Positions 1 to 9,157 of a DNA stretch of 64,000 nucleotides are shown piece after piece. Numbering within the stretch: position 1 is the stretch's first letter; each line of letters begins with the position of its first letter. The stretch lies in the NCBI GenBank assembly GCA_002923195.1, contig BDTH01000035.1:1146-65145 (forward strand), written 5' to 3'. Below the pieces are notes generated by a model. The model had not been told where the DNA came from, did not search any database, and worked only from the letters and a program-made list of their open reading frames with translations. The stretch is from a bacterium BMS3Abin15. GTDB taxonomy: Bacteria; Patescibacteriota; Minisyncoccia; Moranbacterales; 2-12-FULL-40-10. Made by a program: the position numbers and the translations under genes.

Positions 1-2219
1 GAAAAGCAATTGTGGCTGATATGGAAAAGATGGGCTTAATTGACCATATTGATGATGACTATGTTCATAACGTTGCTGTTTGCTACCGATGTGGAACGGT
101 AATAGAGCCGATACCATCCAAGCAATGGTTTATAGCCGTTGATAAAAAATTAAAGCGACTGGGAAATAAATCGCTTAAAGAAAAAGCTGTTGAGGTCGTT
201 AAAAATGGAAATATAAAATTTACCCCGGAAAGATTTACTAAAAGTTATTTGGACTGGATGAATAATATGCACGACTGGTGCATCAGCCGGCAAATTTGGT
301 TTGGGCATGAAATTCCGGTTTATTTTAAAAATATTTCTTCATTAGATTTGCTGGAAAAATATAAAAAAGGGAAAAAAGAATTTAAAGTCGGAGAAAAAGG
401 TAGCCCCGTTCATGCTAAAAAAGAAAAAGAATATAGAGTTAGCCTCTCCAATGAAGAAGATTTTGAGTGGTTTATTAAAAACTTCAAAGAAAAAGAAGAC
501 TATGAATATGTTGATTATTTTGATGGGAAAAATCGAACAAGAGTTTCTGAGAAAAATAATAGCTTCACAATTATCCCTAAAAAATCCAAAAAGAAGGGTG
601 TCGTTGGTAAAAAAGGAAAGAAGGGAGAAATTGATGGAATTTATGCGACAATTGAGGAACGTTCTACTTCGGGACTTGCTCGTTACGAGGCTGAATTCAA
701 AGGAGGCTTACCTGAATATTTTAAAAATCATAAACAAATCTCTTCAGTAGATATTTTAGATTATCAAAATGAAGAAAAAACCGATTCTTCAATGTTAGTT
801 AGTTCGTCTGATCCTATTTTTGATGGATGGAAACAAGATGAAGACTCATTAGATACCTGGTTTTCTTCCGGAATGTGGACTTTTTCAACATTAGGATGGC
901 CTGATACTTTCAAAAACGGCAAAAAATCAGGTGATTTGGCCAGGTTTCATCCTACTCAGGTTTTAGAAACTGGATACGATATTCTGACTCTCTGGGTTTC
1001 ACGAATGATTATGATGTCTCTATTTGCCGTCAACGAAATTCCTTTTAAAAATGTTTATCTTCACGGGCTGGTTCGCGACGAGAAAGGAAGAAAGATGAGT
1101 AAGAGCTTGGGGAATGTTATTGATCCGCGTGAAGTGGCTGAAAAATATGGAACCGACGCAGTCCGCTTATCATTGCTTATCGGCAACACGCCAGGAAATG
1201 ATTTAAAGATGAGCGAAGAAAAAATTAGAAGCTTTAGGAATTTTACTAATAAGATTTGGAATATCAGCCGGTATTATAAAACAAATGTCCACTTAGACCA
1301 TAAGCAACCTACCAGGCCTACTTCGGAAAATAATATAATAGAAATTCCTCCGGGAGAATCAGAAAGAGCAATATGGCATAATAAGATTTCGAAAAATGCG
1401 ACACTCTCTGATAAATGGATTTTATTCAAAATTGGAAAGCTGATCAGTATTGTTTCCTCTGATATTGAAAATTTTCATTTTTCTCAAGCTGGAGAAAAAT
1501 TACACGATTTCACATGGAACGACTTTGCCGATTGGTATTTGGAAATAAGTAAAATTGAGAAGAATGAAGAAAAAAATATTATATTATCAAGCATATTAAC
1601 TGATCTTCTTAGGATGTGGCATCCTTTTATGCCCTTTGTTACTGAAGCCATTTGGAAAGAAATAGGAAATAACAAATTGTTAATGATCGAAAAATGGCCA
1701 AGTCAGGAGAAATATAATTTTATTTCAGAAAAATCCAGGCCCATTATATCTTTCGAGTTATTGCAAAAAATAATAATTGCTATCAGAAATGCTCGCGTAG
1801 AAAACAAAATTGATACTAAGAAAAAAATTAAAGTGATTATTGATACAAGAAATTCTGCATCGGGTGTTACTGAACTAGTTACTGAACAAAAGAATTTAAT
1901 CGAAAGCCTCCGAACAAAATGCGAAGTGGAAATCAAGAACGACGGAAAGAAAGTTCCCAATTCAATTCACAGAACGACGTCTGGAATTAATATTTACATT
2001 CCTACTGAAGGATTAGTAGATGTTGAAAAAGAAAAGAAAAGATCAGAAAAAGAAATAGAGAATTTGGAAAAACATATCGCTGGAATTGAAAGTAAATTGA
2101 AAAATAAGGGATTTTTGGCAAAGGCACCTGAAGAAATCGTAAATCAGCAAAAAGAAAGTTTAGAAAGAGCTAAATCTAAGCTTAAAGAAATAAAAAGACA
2201 TCGAGATAGTATCTCTTAA
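1..2219 (+). CDS. valS: valyl-tRNA synthetase, C-terminal ~735 aa (5' end lies outside window)
   Basis: Reading frame open to window start. KMSKS motif (GRKMSKSLGNVIDP), QDEDSLDTWFSS block and a C-terminal coiled-coil tail are typical of ValRS. Confidence 0.9.
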   Translation, partial: KAIVADMEKMGLIDHIDDDYVHNVAVCYRCGTVIEPIPSKQWFIAVDKKLKRLGNKSLKEKAVEVVKNGNIKFTPERFTKSYLDWMNNMHDWCISRQIWFGHEIPVYFKNISSLDLLEKYKKGKKEFKVGEKGSPVHAKKEKEYRVSLSNEEDFEWFIKNFKEKEDYEYVDYFDGKNRTRVSEKNNSFTIIPKKSKKKGVVGKKGKKGEIDGIYATIEERSTSGLARYEAEFKGGLPEYFKNHKQISSVDILDYQNEEKTDSSMLVSSSDPIFDGWKQDEDSLDTWFSSGMWTFSTLGWPDTFKNGKKSGDLARFHPTQVLETGYDILTLWVSRMIMMSLFAVNEIPFKNVYLHGLVRDEKGRKMSKSLGNVIDPREVAEKYGTDAVRLSLLIGNTPGNDLKMSEEKIRSFRNFTNKIWNISRYYKTNVHLDHKQPTRPTSENNIIEIPPGESERAIWHNKISKNATLSDKWILFKIGKLISIVSSDIENFHFSQAGEKLHDFTWNDFADWYLEISKIEKNEEKNIILSSILTDLLRMWHPFMPFVTEAIWKEIGNNKLLMIEKWPSQEKYNFISEKSRPIISFELLQKIIIAIRNARVENKIDTKKKIKVIIDTRNSASGVTELVTEQKNLIESLRTKCEVEIKNDGKKVPNSIHRTTSGINIYIPTEGLVDVEKEKKRSEKEIENLEKHIAGIESKLKNKGFLAKAPEEIVNQQKESLERAKSKLKEIKRHRDSIS

Positions 2220-2324
2220 CCGATACGAAACTACAAATGAGATACGAATCTGCGAACTTATTCGAATGTGCGCGTTCGCATTTCGCGAGCATATATTGTG
2301 AGCGAGCGCTATTCGCATACCATA

Positions 2325-2945
2325 ATGAGGCAAATTGAATCACTCTTTTTGGGAATCATTGCTGCGCTAGGAGCCGTAGTGTTGGAGCTTATTGTTTTGG
2401 TTATAATTTCAATCTTCGCTGACTATGAAACAGCATTAACTTCCGAAAGTCTGTTTTCTTTGAATGCTATGCCCAAAACGTTGTCTGCATTTCATTATCT
2501 ACTCTTGACTTCAGCAGTAATTGAGGAATCACTAAAATATGTAATGATAGTTAAAAGAGTTGAAGTATTTTCCCTTGATAGAAAAATAATTTTGAATTCC
2601 TTCCTAGTCGGACTTGGCTTCGCTCTTGTAGAAGTTGTACTGATTTATGGAAAAATAAGTAGTGGATCTGCAGAATTTTTTTATCAGAATATTGCAGAAA
2701 TAATTTTGATTCATGTTTCAACGGCAGGAATTATCGGATACTTCATCGCTACCCGAAACCCTAAAAAAATTAGAACATTCATCAAGCCGGTTGCAATAGT
2801 AGTATTTTTCCATCTTTTGTATAATCTTTTGGTTGTCTACCGCGATAATTATCTCGCAGACCCGCTTATCATTTCTCTATTGACAATACTTGTGGTAGTT
2901 AATATATTTAATATAATGGTGATAAACAGACGTCTTGCATCCTAG
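2325..2945 (+). CDS. PrsW-family-like intramembrane protease
   Basis: Polytopic membrane ORF with EESLKY, GFALVE and FFHLLYN motifs (the EExxK / FxxxE / HxxxN pattern of PrsW proteases). Start moved to internal ATG 2325 (MRQIESLF...). Confidence 0.55.
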   Translation: MRQIESLFLGIIAALGAVVLELIVLVIISIFADYETALTSESLFSLNAMPKTLSAFHYLLLTSAVIEESLKYVMIVKRVEVFSLDRKIILNSFLVGLGFALVEVVLIYGKISSGSAEFFYQNIAEIILIHVSTAGIIGYFIATRNPKKIRTFIKPVAIVVFFHLLYNLLVVYRDNYLADPLIISLLTILVVVNIFNIMVINRRLAS

Positions 2946-3036
2946 TAAATTCTGTACTATAATCAAAATACTGCTTAATAATCTAATTTTAATCTTTGAT
3001 CATTGATTTTTAATCATTGATCATCGGATAATACAT

Positions 3037-3528
3037 ATGGCCAAAGAAAAAAAATCATTTTTTGAGAAACTGACCGGAGCAAAGAAAATAGAGGACGAGG
3101 GCGAATCAATGCCTGTTTATTCTGACGATGAAGAAGCAGAAATGACAATGAACACCAGCACCACTCCTTCAACAGAAGAAAACTGGCCTAGTGACGCTGA
3201 AGGACAGCTTACTATTGATGTCTATCAAACTGAAAATGATGTGGTAATTAAATCAACTATTGCTGGCGTGAAGCCGGAAGATTTAGACGTCGCCATAAAC
3301 AACGATATGATAACAATAAAGGGAGAAAGGAAGAATGAAGAGGTAGTTGAAAATGAAAATTATTATTATCAGGAATGTTACTGGGGTTCATTCTCTAGAT
3401 CAGTAGTTTTGCCAGTAGACGTAATTGCCGACAAGGCTGAGGCATCTTTAAAAAACGGGATTTTAACAATTCGGCTTCCCAAAGCTGATACCACTAAAGC
3501 TAAGAAGATTCAGGTTAGAGGATTTTAG
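3037..3528 (+). CDS. small heat shock protein, Hsp20/alpha-crystallin family
   Basis: Alpha-crystallin domain pattern (LTIDVYQTENDVVIKSTIAGV...GILTIRLPK). Followed by a hairpin terminator. Confidence 0.85.
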   Translation: MAKEKKSFFEKLTGAKKIEDEGESMPVYSDDEEAEMTMNTSTTPSTEENWPSDAEGQLTIDVYQTENDVVIKSTIAGVKPEDLDVAINNDMITIKGERKNEEVVENENYYYQECYWGSFSRSVVLPVDVIADKAEASLKNGILTIRLPKADTTKAKKIQVRGF

Positions 3529-3550
3529 TTATAATATTCTTCATATAAAT

Positions 3551-3580
3551 AAAAAGGAATGCTGGGCATTCCTTTTTATA
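3551..3580 (+). terminator. rho-independent terminator after hsp20
   Basis: Stem ggaatgc / gcattcc (3556-3562 / 3566-3572) with loop tgg, followed by a T-run. Confidence 0.8.
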
Positions 3581-3676
3581 TTTTGTTTGGAATTTTTTCC
3601 ATTTTAAAGTATTCTTAAAATATATCACTTATTCATGCAATAAAATGCAAGAAAGGAGGTATAATAGAGTGTAGAA

Positions 3677-4954
3677 ATGAAAATAAGTTTCCATATTACA
3701 GTTCTAACTTTTTTTATTTTACTGCTATCACCAATTAGTGGTGTTTTTGCATCCGAAGAAAATTCCAAGGAATTAAAATTAATGATGGGCGAGTTGGAAG
3801 AAGCTATTTCTTATGAGGAGATTTCTCAATGGACAGTTATTAAAACTACTTTAATGAATGACAAAAACGCAAGGGCAGAAATTGAAAATATTCATTACTG
3901 TCCTACCGATCCTATCTTTTGCAGGTTGACAAAAACCTACCGGGAAAGAAATCATCTTGTAAAAAAGTCCGCGCGCATTGTAGAAAAAAAGGCGCTATAT
4001 TCTTTTTTAGAAGATTTGGGAAGAAGGGTAAATAAAGATCCTGTTGACGCAAAATTTGCAGTAGAAGACGAGAAAGTGTCTGCTTTTGCTTTCAGTAAGA
4101 ATGGAATGGAGCTTGACGTTGGCTCCAGTGCCAAGATATTGCTTGATGCGATTTCGCAAAAAAACCATTCTAATGAAAAGTTTCCGGAAGAAGTACACCT
4201 CGTTTATAAAATCATTGAACCAGAAATAAAATCAGAAGATATTGAAACTTTGGGAATAAATATACTTATCGGGGAAGGTAAGTCTAATTTTAGAGGTTCT
4301 CCGAAAAATAGAGTTCATAACATAAAGGTAGCGTCTAACAGATTCAACGGTGTACTTATAAAACCGGGGGAAGAATTTTCCTTTGTTGAGATCTTAGGTC
4401 CAGTAGATGAAGAGCATGGTTATAAAGAAGAATTGGTTATTAAAAAAGATAAGACTGAGCCGGAATTTGGGGGCGGAGTCTGCCAAGTTTCTACCACCAC
4501 ATTTCGAGCGGCAATTTACAGTGGAATGGAAATCACCGCCCGTCGTAACCACGCTTATCCGGTCGCTTACTATAATCCTCAGGGGATGGACGCAACAGTC
4601 TATATCCCCCGTCCGGATCTCCGTTTCATTAATAACACATCCGGACACGTTTTGATACAGACAAAAGTTGAAGGAACTGAGTTAATTTTTCAATTTTATG
4701 GAACCGACGATGGGAGAAGAATAGAAATAATAGGGCCTCGAATACTGGAAAGGAATCCAGATAATTCAATGAAGGCTACTTTTACACAAAAAGTATATGA
4801 CAAAGATGAAAATTTGATAATTGATGATGTTTTTAACAGCTCTTATGATTCCCCGGATAAATATCCTCATCCTGGAGAAGAAAAATTGACTGAAAAACCA
4901 AAAGAGTGGTCTAAGGGCGAGTGGAGAAGATATAAAAAAGAGCACGGACTATAG
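3677..4954 (+). CDS. VanW-domain protein with N-terminal signal/anchor
   Basis: Hydrophobic N-terminus. VanW-like core GGGVCQVSTTTFRAAIYSGMEITARRNHAY. Confidence 0.75.
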   Translation: MKISFHITVLTFFILLLSPISGVFASEENSKELKLMMGELEEAISYEEISQWTVIKTTLMNDKNARAEIENIHYCPTDPIFCRLTKTYRERNHLVKKSARIVEKKALYSFLEDLGRRVNKDPVDAKFAVEDEKVSAFAFSKNGMELDVGSSAKILLDAISQKNHSNEKFPEEVHLVYKIIEPEIKSEDIETLGINILIGEGKSNFRGSPKNRVHNIKVASNRFNGVLIKPGEEFSFVEILGPVDEEHGYKEELVIKKDKTEPEFGGGVCQVSTTTFRAAIYSGMEITARRNHAYPVAYYNPQGMDATVYIPRPDLRFINNTSGHVLIQTKVEGTELIFQFYGTDDGRRIEIIGPRILERNPDNSMKATFTQKVYDKDENLIIDDVFNSSYDSPDKYPHPGEEKLTEKPKEWSKGEWRRYKKEHGL

Positions 4955-5174
4955 CATGTTTATTGACTAAATGCTTTATTTTTGGTACTATCCACAATGT
5001 TACTTCAAATGATTTCTTCGTGATTATTGCGCTTTACGTCGCGTTTTCTATTACATACACTGTTGCTACTTTAAAAATATGCGCCCATAGCCCCGACGGA
5101 AAGTCGGGATCCCGACCAAAGCGTCGGGACTCAGTTATATATCCGATAAAAGCATGTACCGAATATTATTACAT

Positions 5175-5247
5175 GCGCCCATAGCTCAGTCGGTAGAGCA
5201 GTTGCCTCTTAAGCAAACGGTCGTAGGTTCGAATCCTACTGGGCGCA
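5175..5247 (+). tRNA. tRNA-Lys (anticodon CTT)
   Basis: Acceptor gcgccca/tgggcgc, D-arm tagctcagtcggtagagc, anticodon loop ctCTTaa, T-arm ggttcgaatcc. CCA not encoded. Confidence 0.85.
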
Positions 5248-5333
5248 CACTTGCCCCCGTAGTTCCCCGTAAAAATTTTCTTTGAAAATTAACGAGGCAG
5301 GCAACAAATAGAACAGGAATCCTCAATACGTAT

Positions 5334-5405
5334 GTCCTCGTAGTTCAACGGATAGAACAGGAGCCTTCTAAGCTCCGGATGCGGGTTCGATTCCTGCCGA
5401 GGACA
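5334..5405 (+). tRNA. tRNA-Arg (anticodon TCT)
   Basis: Acceptor gtcctcg/cgaggac, anticodon stem ggagc/gctcc with loop ctTCTaa, T-arm gggttcgattcc. Confidence 0.85.
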
Positions 5406-5437
5406 CAAAGTAAAATAAATAAAATGTTTTCCAGGTT

Positions 5438-5480
5438 CCCTGCCCGCCATCGGCTGCGCCGAAGGCGCTGGCAGGCGGGG
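5438..5480. repeat. GC-rich nested palindromic element (outer stem ccctgcccgcc/ggcaggcgggg, inner gcgcc-gaa-ggcgc)
   Basis: Hand-paired imperfect hairpin in the AT-rich tRNA spacer. Shares the cctgcccgc/gcgggcagg-type arms seen at 23897, 38050, 38224, 43091 and 62726. Confidence 0.6.
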
Positions 5481-5636
5481 ACTCCTAGTGAGGGTACAAA
5501 ACTGAATGGTTCGATTTTTACCCCGTACTAAACTGTGCTTTAGTGACGGGGCCTGTCGGGGGTACAAGAAAGCGAAAAGTATAAAGTATAAAATCAAATT
5601 ATTTTTTGTTTTACGCTTTTGGTTTTACGCTTTCAT

Positions 5637-5709
5637 GGCGGGTATAGTTCAATGGCAGAACACTGGTTTGTGGTACCAGGTACGAGGGTCCGATTCCCTC
5701 TACTCGCCC
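5637..5709 (+). tRNA. tRNA-His (anticodon GTG)
   Basis: Acceptor ggcgggt/actcgcc, anticodon stem ctggt/accag with loop ttGTGgt, T-arm gagggtccgattccctc. Confidence 0.8.
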
Positions 5710-5717
5710 AGAAAAAC

Positions 5718-5790
5718 GCGCTCGTAGCTCAATGGATAGAGCACTTGGCTTCGGACCAAGGGGTTGTAGGTTCGACTCCTGCCGAGCGCA
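5718..5790 (+). tRNA. tRNA-Arg (anticodon TCG)
   Basis: Acceptor gcgctcg/cgagcgc, anticodon stem cttgg/ccaag with loop ctTCGga, T-arm taggttcgactcctg. Confidence 0.85.
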
Positions 5791-5846
5791 CATTATGCGG
5801 GAGACCAAGAATTCCAGGTTCGATTCCTAGCGAGAGCATAGAAAGC

Positions 5847-5873
5847 AAAAATCCCTGTTTATCAGGGATTTTT
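5847..5873. terminator. bidirectional hairpin terminator between the tRNA cluster and the minus-strand pilus operon
   Basis: aaaaatccctg-tttat-cagggattttt, flanked by an A-run and a T-run. Confidence 0.75.
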
Positions 5874-5903
5874 GTTACTTTTATATAGAACCAATTATTT
5901 TAC

Positions 5904-6704
5904 TTACTCATCATTATTTTCTTCTATTAATTGAAAGATGCTATTTAGCGTTTTAAATTTATCCTCGTATGCACTTTTTCTGCTTTCAATTGCTTTAACT
6001 ACATCTTGAAATTTGTCTTCCCTGAAATTAACTTCCACTTTTTGAGAAGCAGTGTATTGCTGTTTTTTTTCATAGCTCCACTGAGAATTGTACAGCTTTT
6101 GATACCAGAAGAGAATGCCCGCAATAAAAGTCAAGAAAAATAGCAAAGCAAATATTACACGGTAGTGCCTAAACCAGAATTCTCCACAATCAGAAACTAC
6201 CTTTTTAATATTAATATTTTTAAAGTTTATCTTTTTTAAATTAGATTTTTTTGCCTTTGTCTTTGCTTTTATCTTTATCTCCGCCTTTGGCTTTAATTTA
6301 GAAAAAGGCCACTTAAAAATTCTTTTTAAAATATTTTTCTTGCCGGTATCGCTTTCCTCAGATTTTTTCACCTTGGAATCTTTAGTGCTGGCACCCTTTT
6401 TATCACCTTTATCACCGACACTCTTTGCATCAGCAATTTTTTTACCAGTATCTTTTTTTTCAATGCCTTTTAAATCAATATCACTTTTATTAACACTCTC
6501 CTTATCGATGTTCTCCTTATCAACATTTTTCTTTTTTACATTTTCTATATTAGATTCCTTATCATTGGCGCTTTTTTCACCACCTTTTTTATTGTTAATA
6601 TTTTTTTCACCAATAGTATCTTTCTTCGCATTTTTCATGCTAGTATTTTTTTCATCAGTATTTTCTTTGTCAGACTCAGGTTTTGATACTTTTTTTATAC
6701 CCAT
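5904..6704 (-). CDS. membrane protein with ~130-aa Lys/Glu/Asp-rich low-complexity N-terminal region, last gene of the pilus cluster
   Basis: One TM helix (VIFALLFFLTFIAGILFWY) after a K/E/D/N-rich repetitive region. Same strand as, and immediately downstream of, the pilO-like gene. No family recognised. Confidence 0.5.
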   Translation of the reverse strand: MGIKKVSKPESDKENTDEKNTSMKNAKKDTIGEKNINNKKGGEKSANDKESNIENVKKKNVDKENIDKESVNKSDIDLKGIEKKDTGKKIADAKSVGDKGDKKGASTKDSKVKKSEESDTGKKNILKRIFKWPFSKLKPKAEIKIKAKTKAKKSNLKKINFKNINIKKVVSDCGEFWFRHYRVIFALLFFLTFIAGILFWYQKLYNSQWSYEKKQQYTASQKVEVNFREDKFQDVVKAIESRKSAYEDKFKTLNSIFQLIEENNDE

Positions 6705-6739
6705 TTTATTTGTTTTATATTTCAGTTTGGTAAAACTTA

Positions 6740-7390
6740 TTACTTAAGATAAAATACGATTTCTAAAATCGAACTTATGTCTCCGGTTTCAAAAAACTTT
6801 TCTTCTTCATCGGATGCTCCTCCTGGAGATATGAAAGGGGAAGATCCGGAGCGCCGACTAGTAAGACTTAGCTCCTTGTTTGATATATTTATAGAAATAA
6901 TGTCGGACCAATATCTCATATTTTCTACCTTGCGAATAAAGTCAACTATACTGTTGTAGCTTCCGGAAAGTAAGATGTTCATTTTTAAATAATTTTCGCT
7001 TGGCAGATTGGCGATTAGACTTTCTTCTTTTTCTTTTTTTGAGTTCTCAGACTTTTTTTTCTCTTCAGCGCTGATTATCACTTTATTATTTGTTTCCTCC
7101 GCCACTTTCTCTATTCCTTCTATAAGCGCCACCAAATTATTAGGGGATACCAGAATCTGAATATTTTCTTTCTCTCTTTGTATCATTTCAAACTGCTCTT
7201 TTAGTTTAGCTAGTTCGTTTAGTTTTTTCATCCGTCTTTCCTGATCCACTGTTTTTTCCTGAACCTTTTCAATTTTCGAATTGACACTTTTAGTAAATGG
7301 CTTAATAACAAAATTAAACACTGCTGCCAATATAAGGACATACACTATTATAATTATTAATTCTTTGTATTTATTCCAGATGGTTTTCAT
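6740..7390 (-). CDS. PilO-like type IV pilus assembly protein
   Basis: N-terminal TM helix plus coiled coil. Position directly after pilM-pilN. Confidence 0.5.
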   Translation of the reverse strand: MKTIWNKYKELIIIIVYVLILAAVFNFVIKPFTKSVNSKIEKVQEKTVDQERRMKKLNELAKLKEQFEMIQREKENIQILVSPNNLVALIEGIEKVAEETNNKVIISAEEKKKSENSKKEKEESLIANLPSENYLKMNILLSGSYNSIVDFIRKVENMRYWSDIISINISNKELSLTSRRSGSSPFISPGGASDEEEKFFETGDISSILEIVFYLK

Positions 7391-7403
7391 TCCTATTTGT
7401 TAT

Positions 7404-8051
7404 TTATTCTTCACTTATTACTTCTTCGTTCGCTATTTCTTCAGGCTGATTAATTAAGTCTTCATCAACAGGATTTTCTGTTTCCTTTTTCGCCACTACT
7501 ATTCCTCTTAGGCAATCATCATTGACTTTAAAAATTATTTGGAAGGCTACATTTTCCTTAAATACCAAGTTTGAAAGTGGAACAATGGCATTGCTAAAAC
7601 ACTCGGAAATATTGATGCTTTCTTGAAGTTTAAGCAAGTCATTTCTCGTATCAGCCTTGCCCAATAAAGTAATGCTGTAATCCTTTGTTATTAGGTCGGT
7701 GAGAATTATTTTTTCTGTCACAATGCTGTCGAGATCATAAAAAACGCTTAGCCAGCGCAGATTGCTTTGCTGGATATCGTGAAATAAGTCTACTTCTGAA
7801 TTCATTTGCTTGAATTCGCTTTCGTATTTTTTCAATTCTTGATAGCTTGGTTGCATTTGTTCAAGACTATGCACTTTTTCTAAGCTATTTACCTGAATTT
7901 TTAATATAAAATTGGTGCTTATGATAATACTGACAAAAACTGCGATTATAAAAAAAAGCATGATCTCCTGCCAGACAATTAGCCGGAGTCTTTTCTTTCT
8001 TTTTATTTCTTTCTTTTTATCTTCTGGGAGAAGATTAATAAAAATTCTCAT
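7404..8051 (-). CDS. pilN: PilN-like type IV pilus assembly protein
   Basis: INLLPEDKKKE... N-terminus followed by a single TM helix. Overlaps the pilM stop. Confidence 0.65.
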   Translation of the reverse strand: MRIFINLLPEDKKKEIKRKKRLRLIVWQEIMLFFIIAVFVSIIISTNFILKIQVNSLEKVHSLEQMQPSYQELKKYESEFKQMNSEVDLFHDIQQSNLRWLSVFYDLDSIVTEKIILTDLITKDYSITLLGKADTRNDLLKLQESINISECFSNAIVPLSNLVFKENVAFQIIFKVNDDCLRGIVVAKKETENPVDEDLINQPEEIANEEVISEE

Positions 8052-9132
8052 ATAATCCTTTTAAGGCCAGCCCGACAGCTGTAGAATATTGAATCGATTC
8101 ATCTTTCTTTATTGTCAGTGCGTCATCTTTTATATCAAGATTTACCCATGGATTGCCCAGCGTTATCTCCTTATTTAGTCTTTTCGACAAATAATCAATG
8201 ATGCCCTTGGTCCTAGCTCCTCCTCCGCATATTATAATATTGTCAATGGAGGGCGAGTATTTTAGTCCACTAAGGTAAAAGTCCATCGATTTCTCTATCT
8301 CCGAAGCAAGATTTTCTAACACGGGCTGCACTGCCCTAAATACAGGGTCATTTTTTTCCGCCGACCCAATTCCGTGTTCTATTTTTCTTCTTTCTGCTTC
8401 TTCAATGTTTATATTGAGTGTTTTTGAGATAATATCCGTCAATGAACCCGCTGATAGAGGCAAACTGGAAGTAAAACAAGGAATATTATCTACCGAAATT
8501 AAAAAACTAGTTCGTCTGTCACCTATGTCAATAACTAAAGTAGTTTTTTCTTTCTCTTTTCTGTCTAAAAGGCTCCGGGCTTGGGCAATGGACTCTATTT
8601 CCATATTTGCTGCTGTCAATCCTGCTTGCTCTATAATATCTGTAAATTGATTCACGACATCTTGAGAAACAGCAACAATTAATACACTCATATTGCCATC
8701 TTCACGGCTAAAATTTTTGTCTAATAGCTGCCAATCATAATAAACCTGATCAATAGGAAGAGGGATGTTAGCTTCAATTTCCCATTTAATAGCTCCTTCA
8801 ACTTCTTTCTCTTTCATTCTTGGAATATTAATTATCCTTAAAAATGCCTTTGTTTCTGGTAAAGAGCAAATTACATTTTTTGCCTTAATTGCCCTCGGCT
8901 TAGCATTACTAATTGCCTTCTTAATTGCCGCGATGACATTTTCTTTATTGACAATCTCTCCTCCGGAGATGCTTCCAATGGCCATTTCTGCTGAGCCAAG
9001 ATCGGCAATGACATTTTTCTTTCCCTTTCTTTCCAACTGAATAACCTTAATGGAAAGATCGCTTAAGTCCAGGCCGATAACGTTGCCGGAAACATTTATT
9101 ATCTTTTTATTTAATACACTCAATATGCCCAT
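8035..9132 (-). CDS. pilM: PilM, actin-like type IV pilus assembly ATPase
   Basis: IGLDLSDLSIKVIQLE start, ICGGGAR motif and ~365 aa length typical of PilM. Confidence 0.8.
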   Translation of the reverse strand: MGILSVLNKKIINVSGNVIGLDLSDLSIKVIQLERKGKKNVIADLGSAEMAIGSISGGEIVNKENVIAAIKKAISNAKPRAIKAKNVICSLPETKAFLRIINIPRMKEKEVEGAIKWEIEANIPLPIDQVYYDWQLLDKNFSREDGNMSVLIVAVSQDVVNQFTDIIEQAGLTAANMEIESIAQARSLLDRKEKEKTTLVIDIGDRRTSFLISVDNIPCFTSSLPLSAGSLTDIISKTLNINIEEAERRKIEHGIGSAEKNDPVFRAVQPVLENLASEIEKSMDFYLSGLKYSPSIDNIIICGGGARTKGIIDYLSKRLNKEITLGNPWVNLDIKDDALTIKKDESIQYSTAVGLALKGLYENFY

Positions 9133-9157
9133 TCTTTTATTTTAGTGTTCTTTTTTA

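Noticed and set aside
4963-5184. 73-aa plus-strand ORF upstream of tRNA-Lys
   Set aside because: It spans the duplicated tRNA 5' end and the hairpin insert, with no SD. Most likely non-coding.
5796-5838. Fifth tRNA after tRNA-Arg(TCG)
   Set aside because: Only a T-arm-like ccaggttcgattcctag and a 3' acceptor-like cgagagca are present. There is no matching 5' acceptor, D-arm or anticodon arm. Treated as a tRNA fragment.
5289-5888. ORFs 5289..5597(-), 5506..5727(+), 5611..5808(-) and 5619..5888(+)
   Set aside because: They run across tRNA genes and GC-rich repeat debris. There is no SD and the composition is implausible.
6340-6747. 135-aa plus-strand ORF
   Set aside because: It is antisense to the Lys-rich low-complexity region of 5904..6704. 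The Phe/Ser/Leu-rich translation is a mirror artefact.
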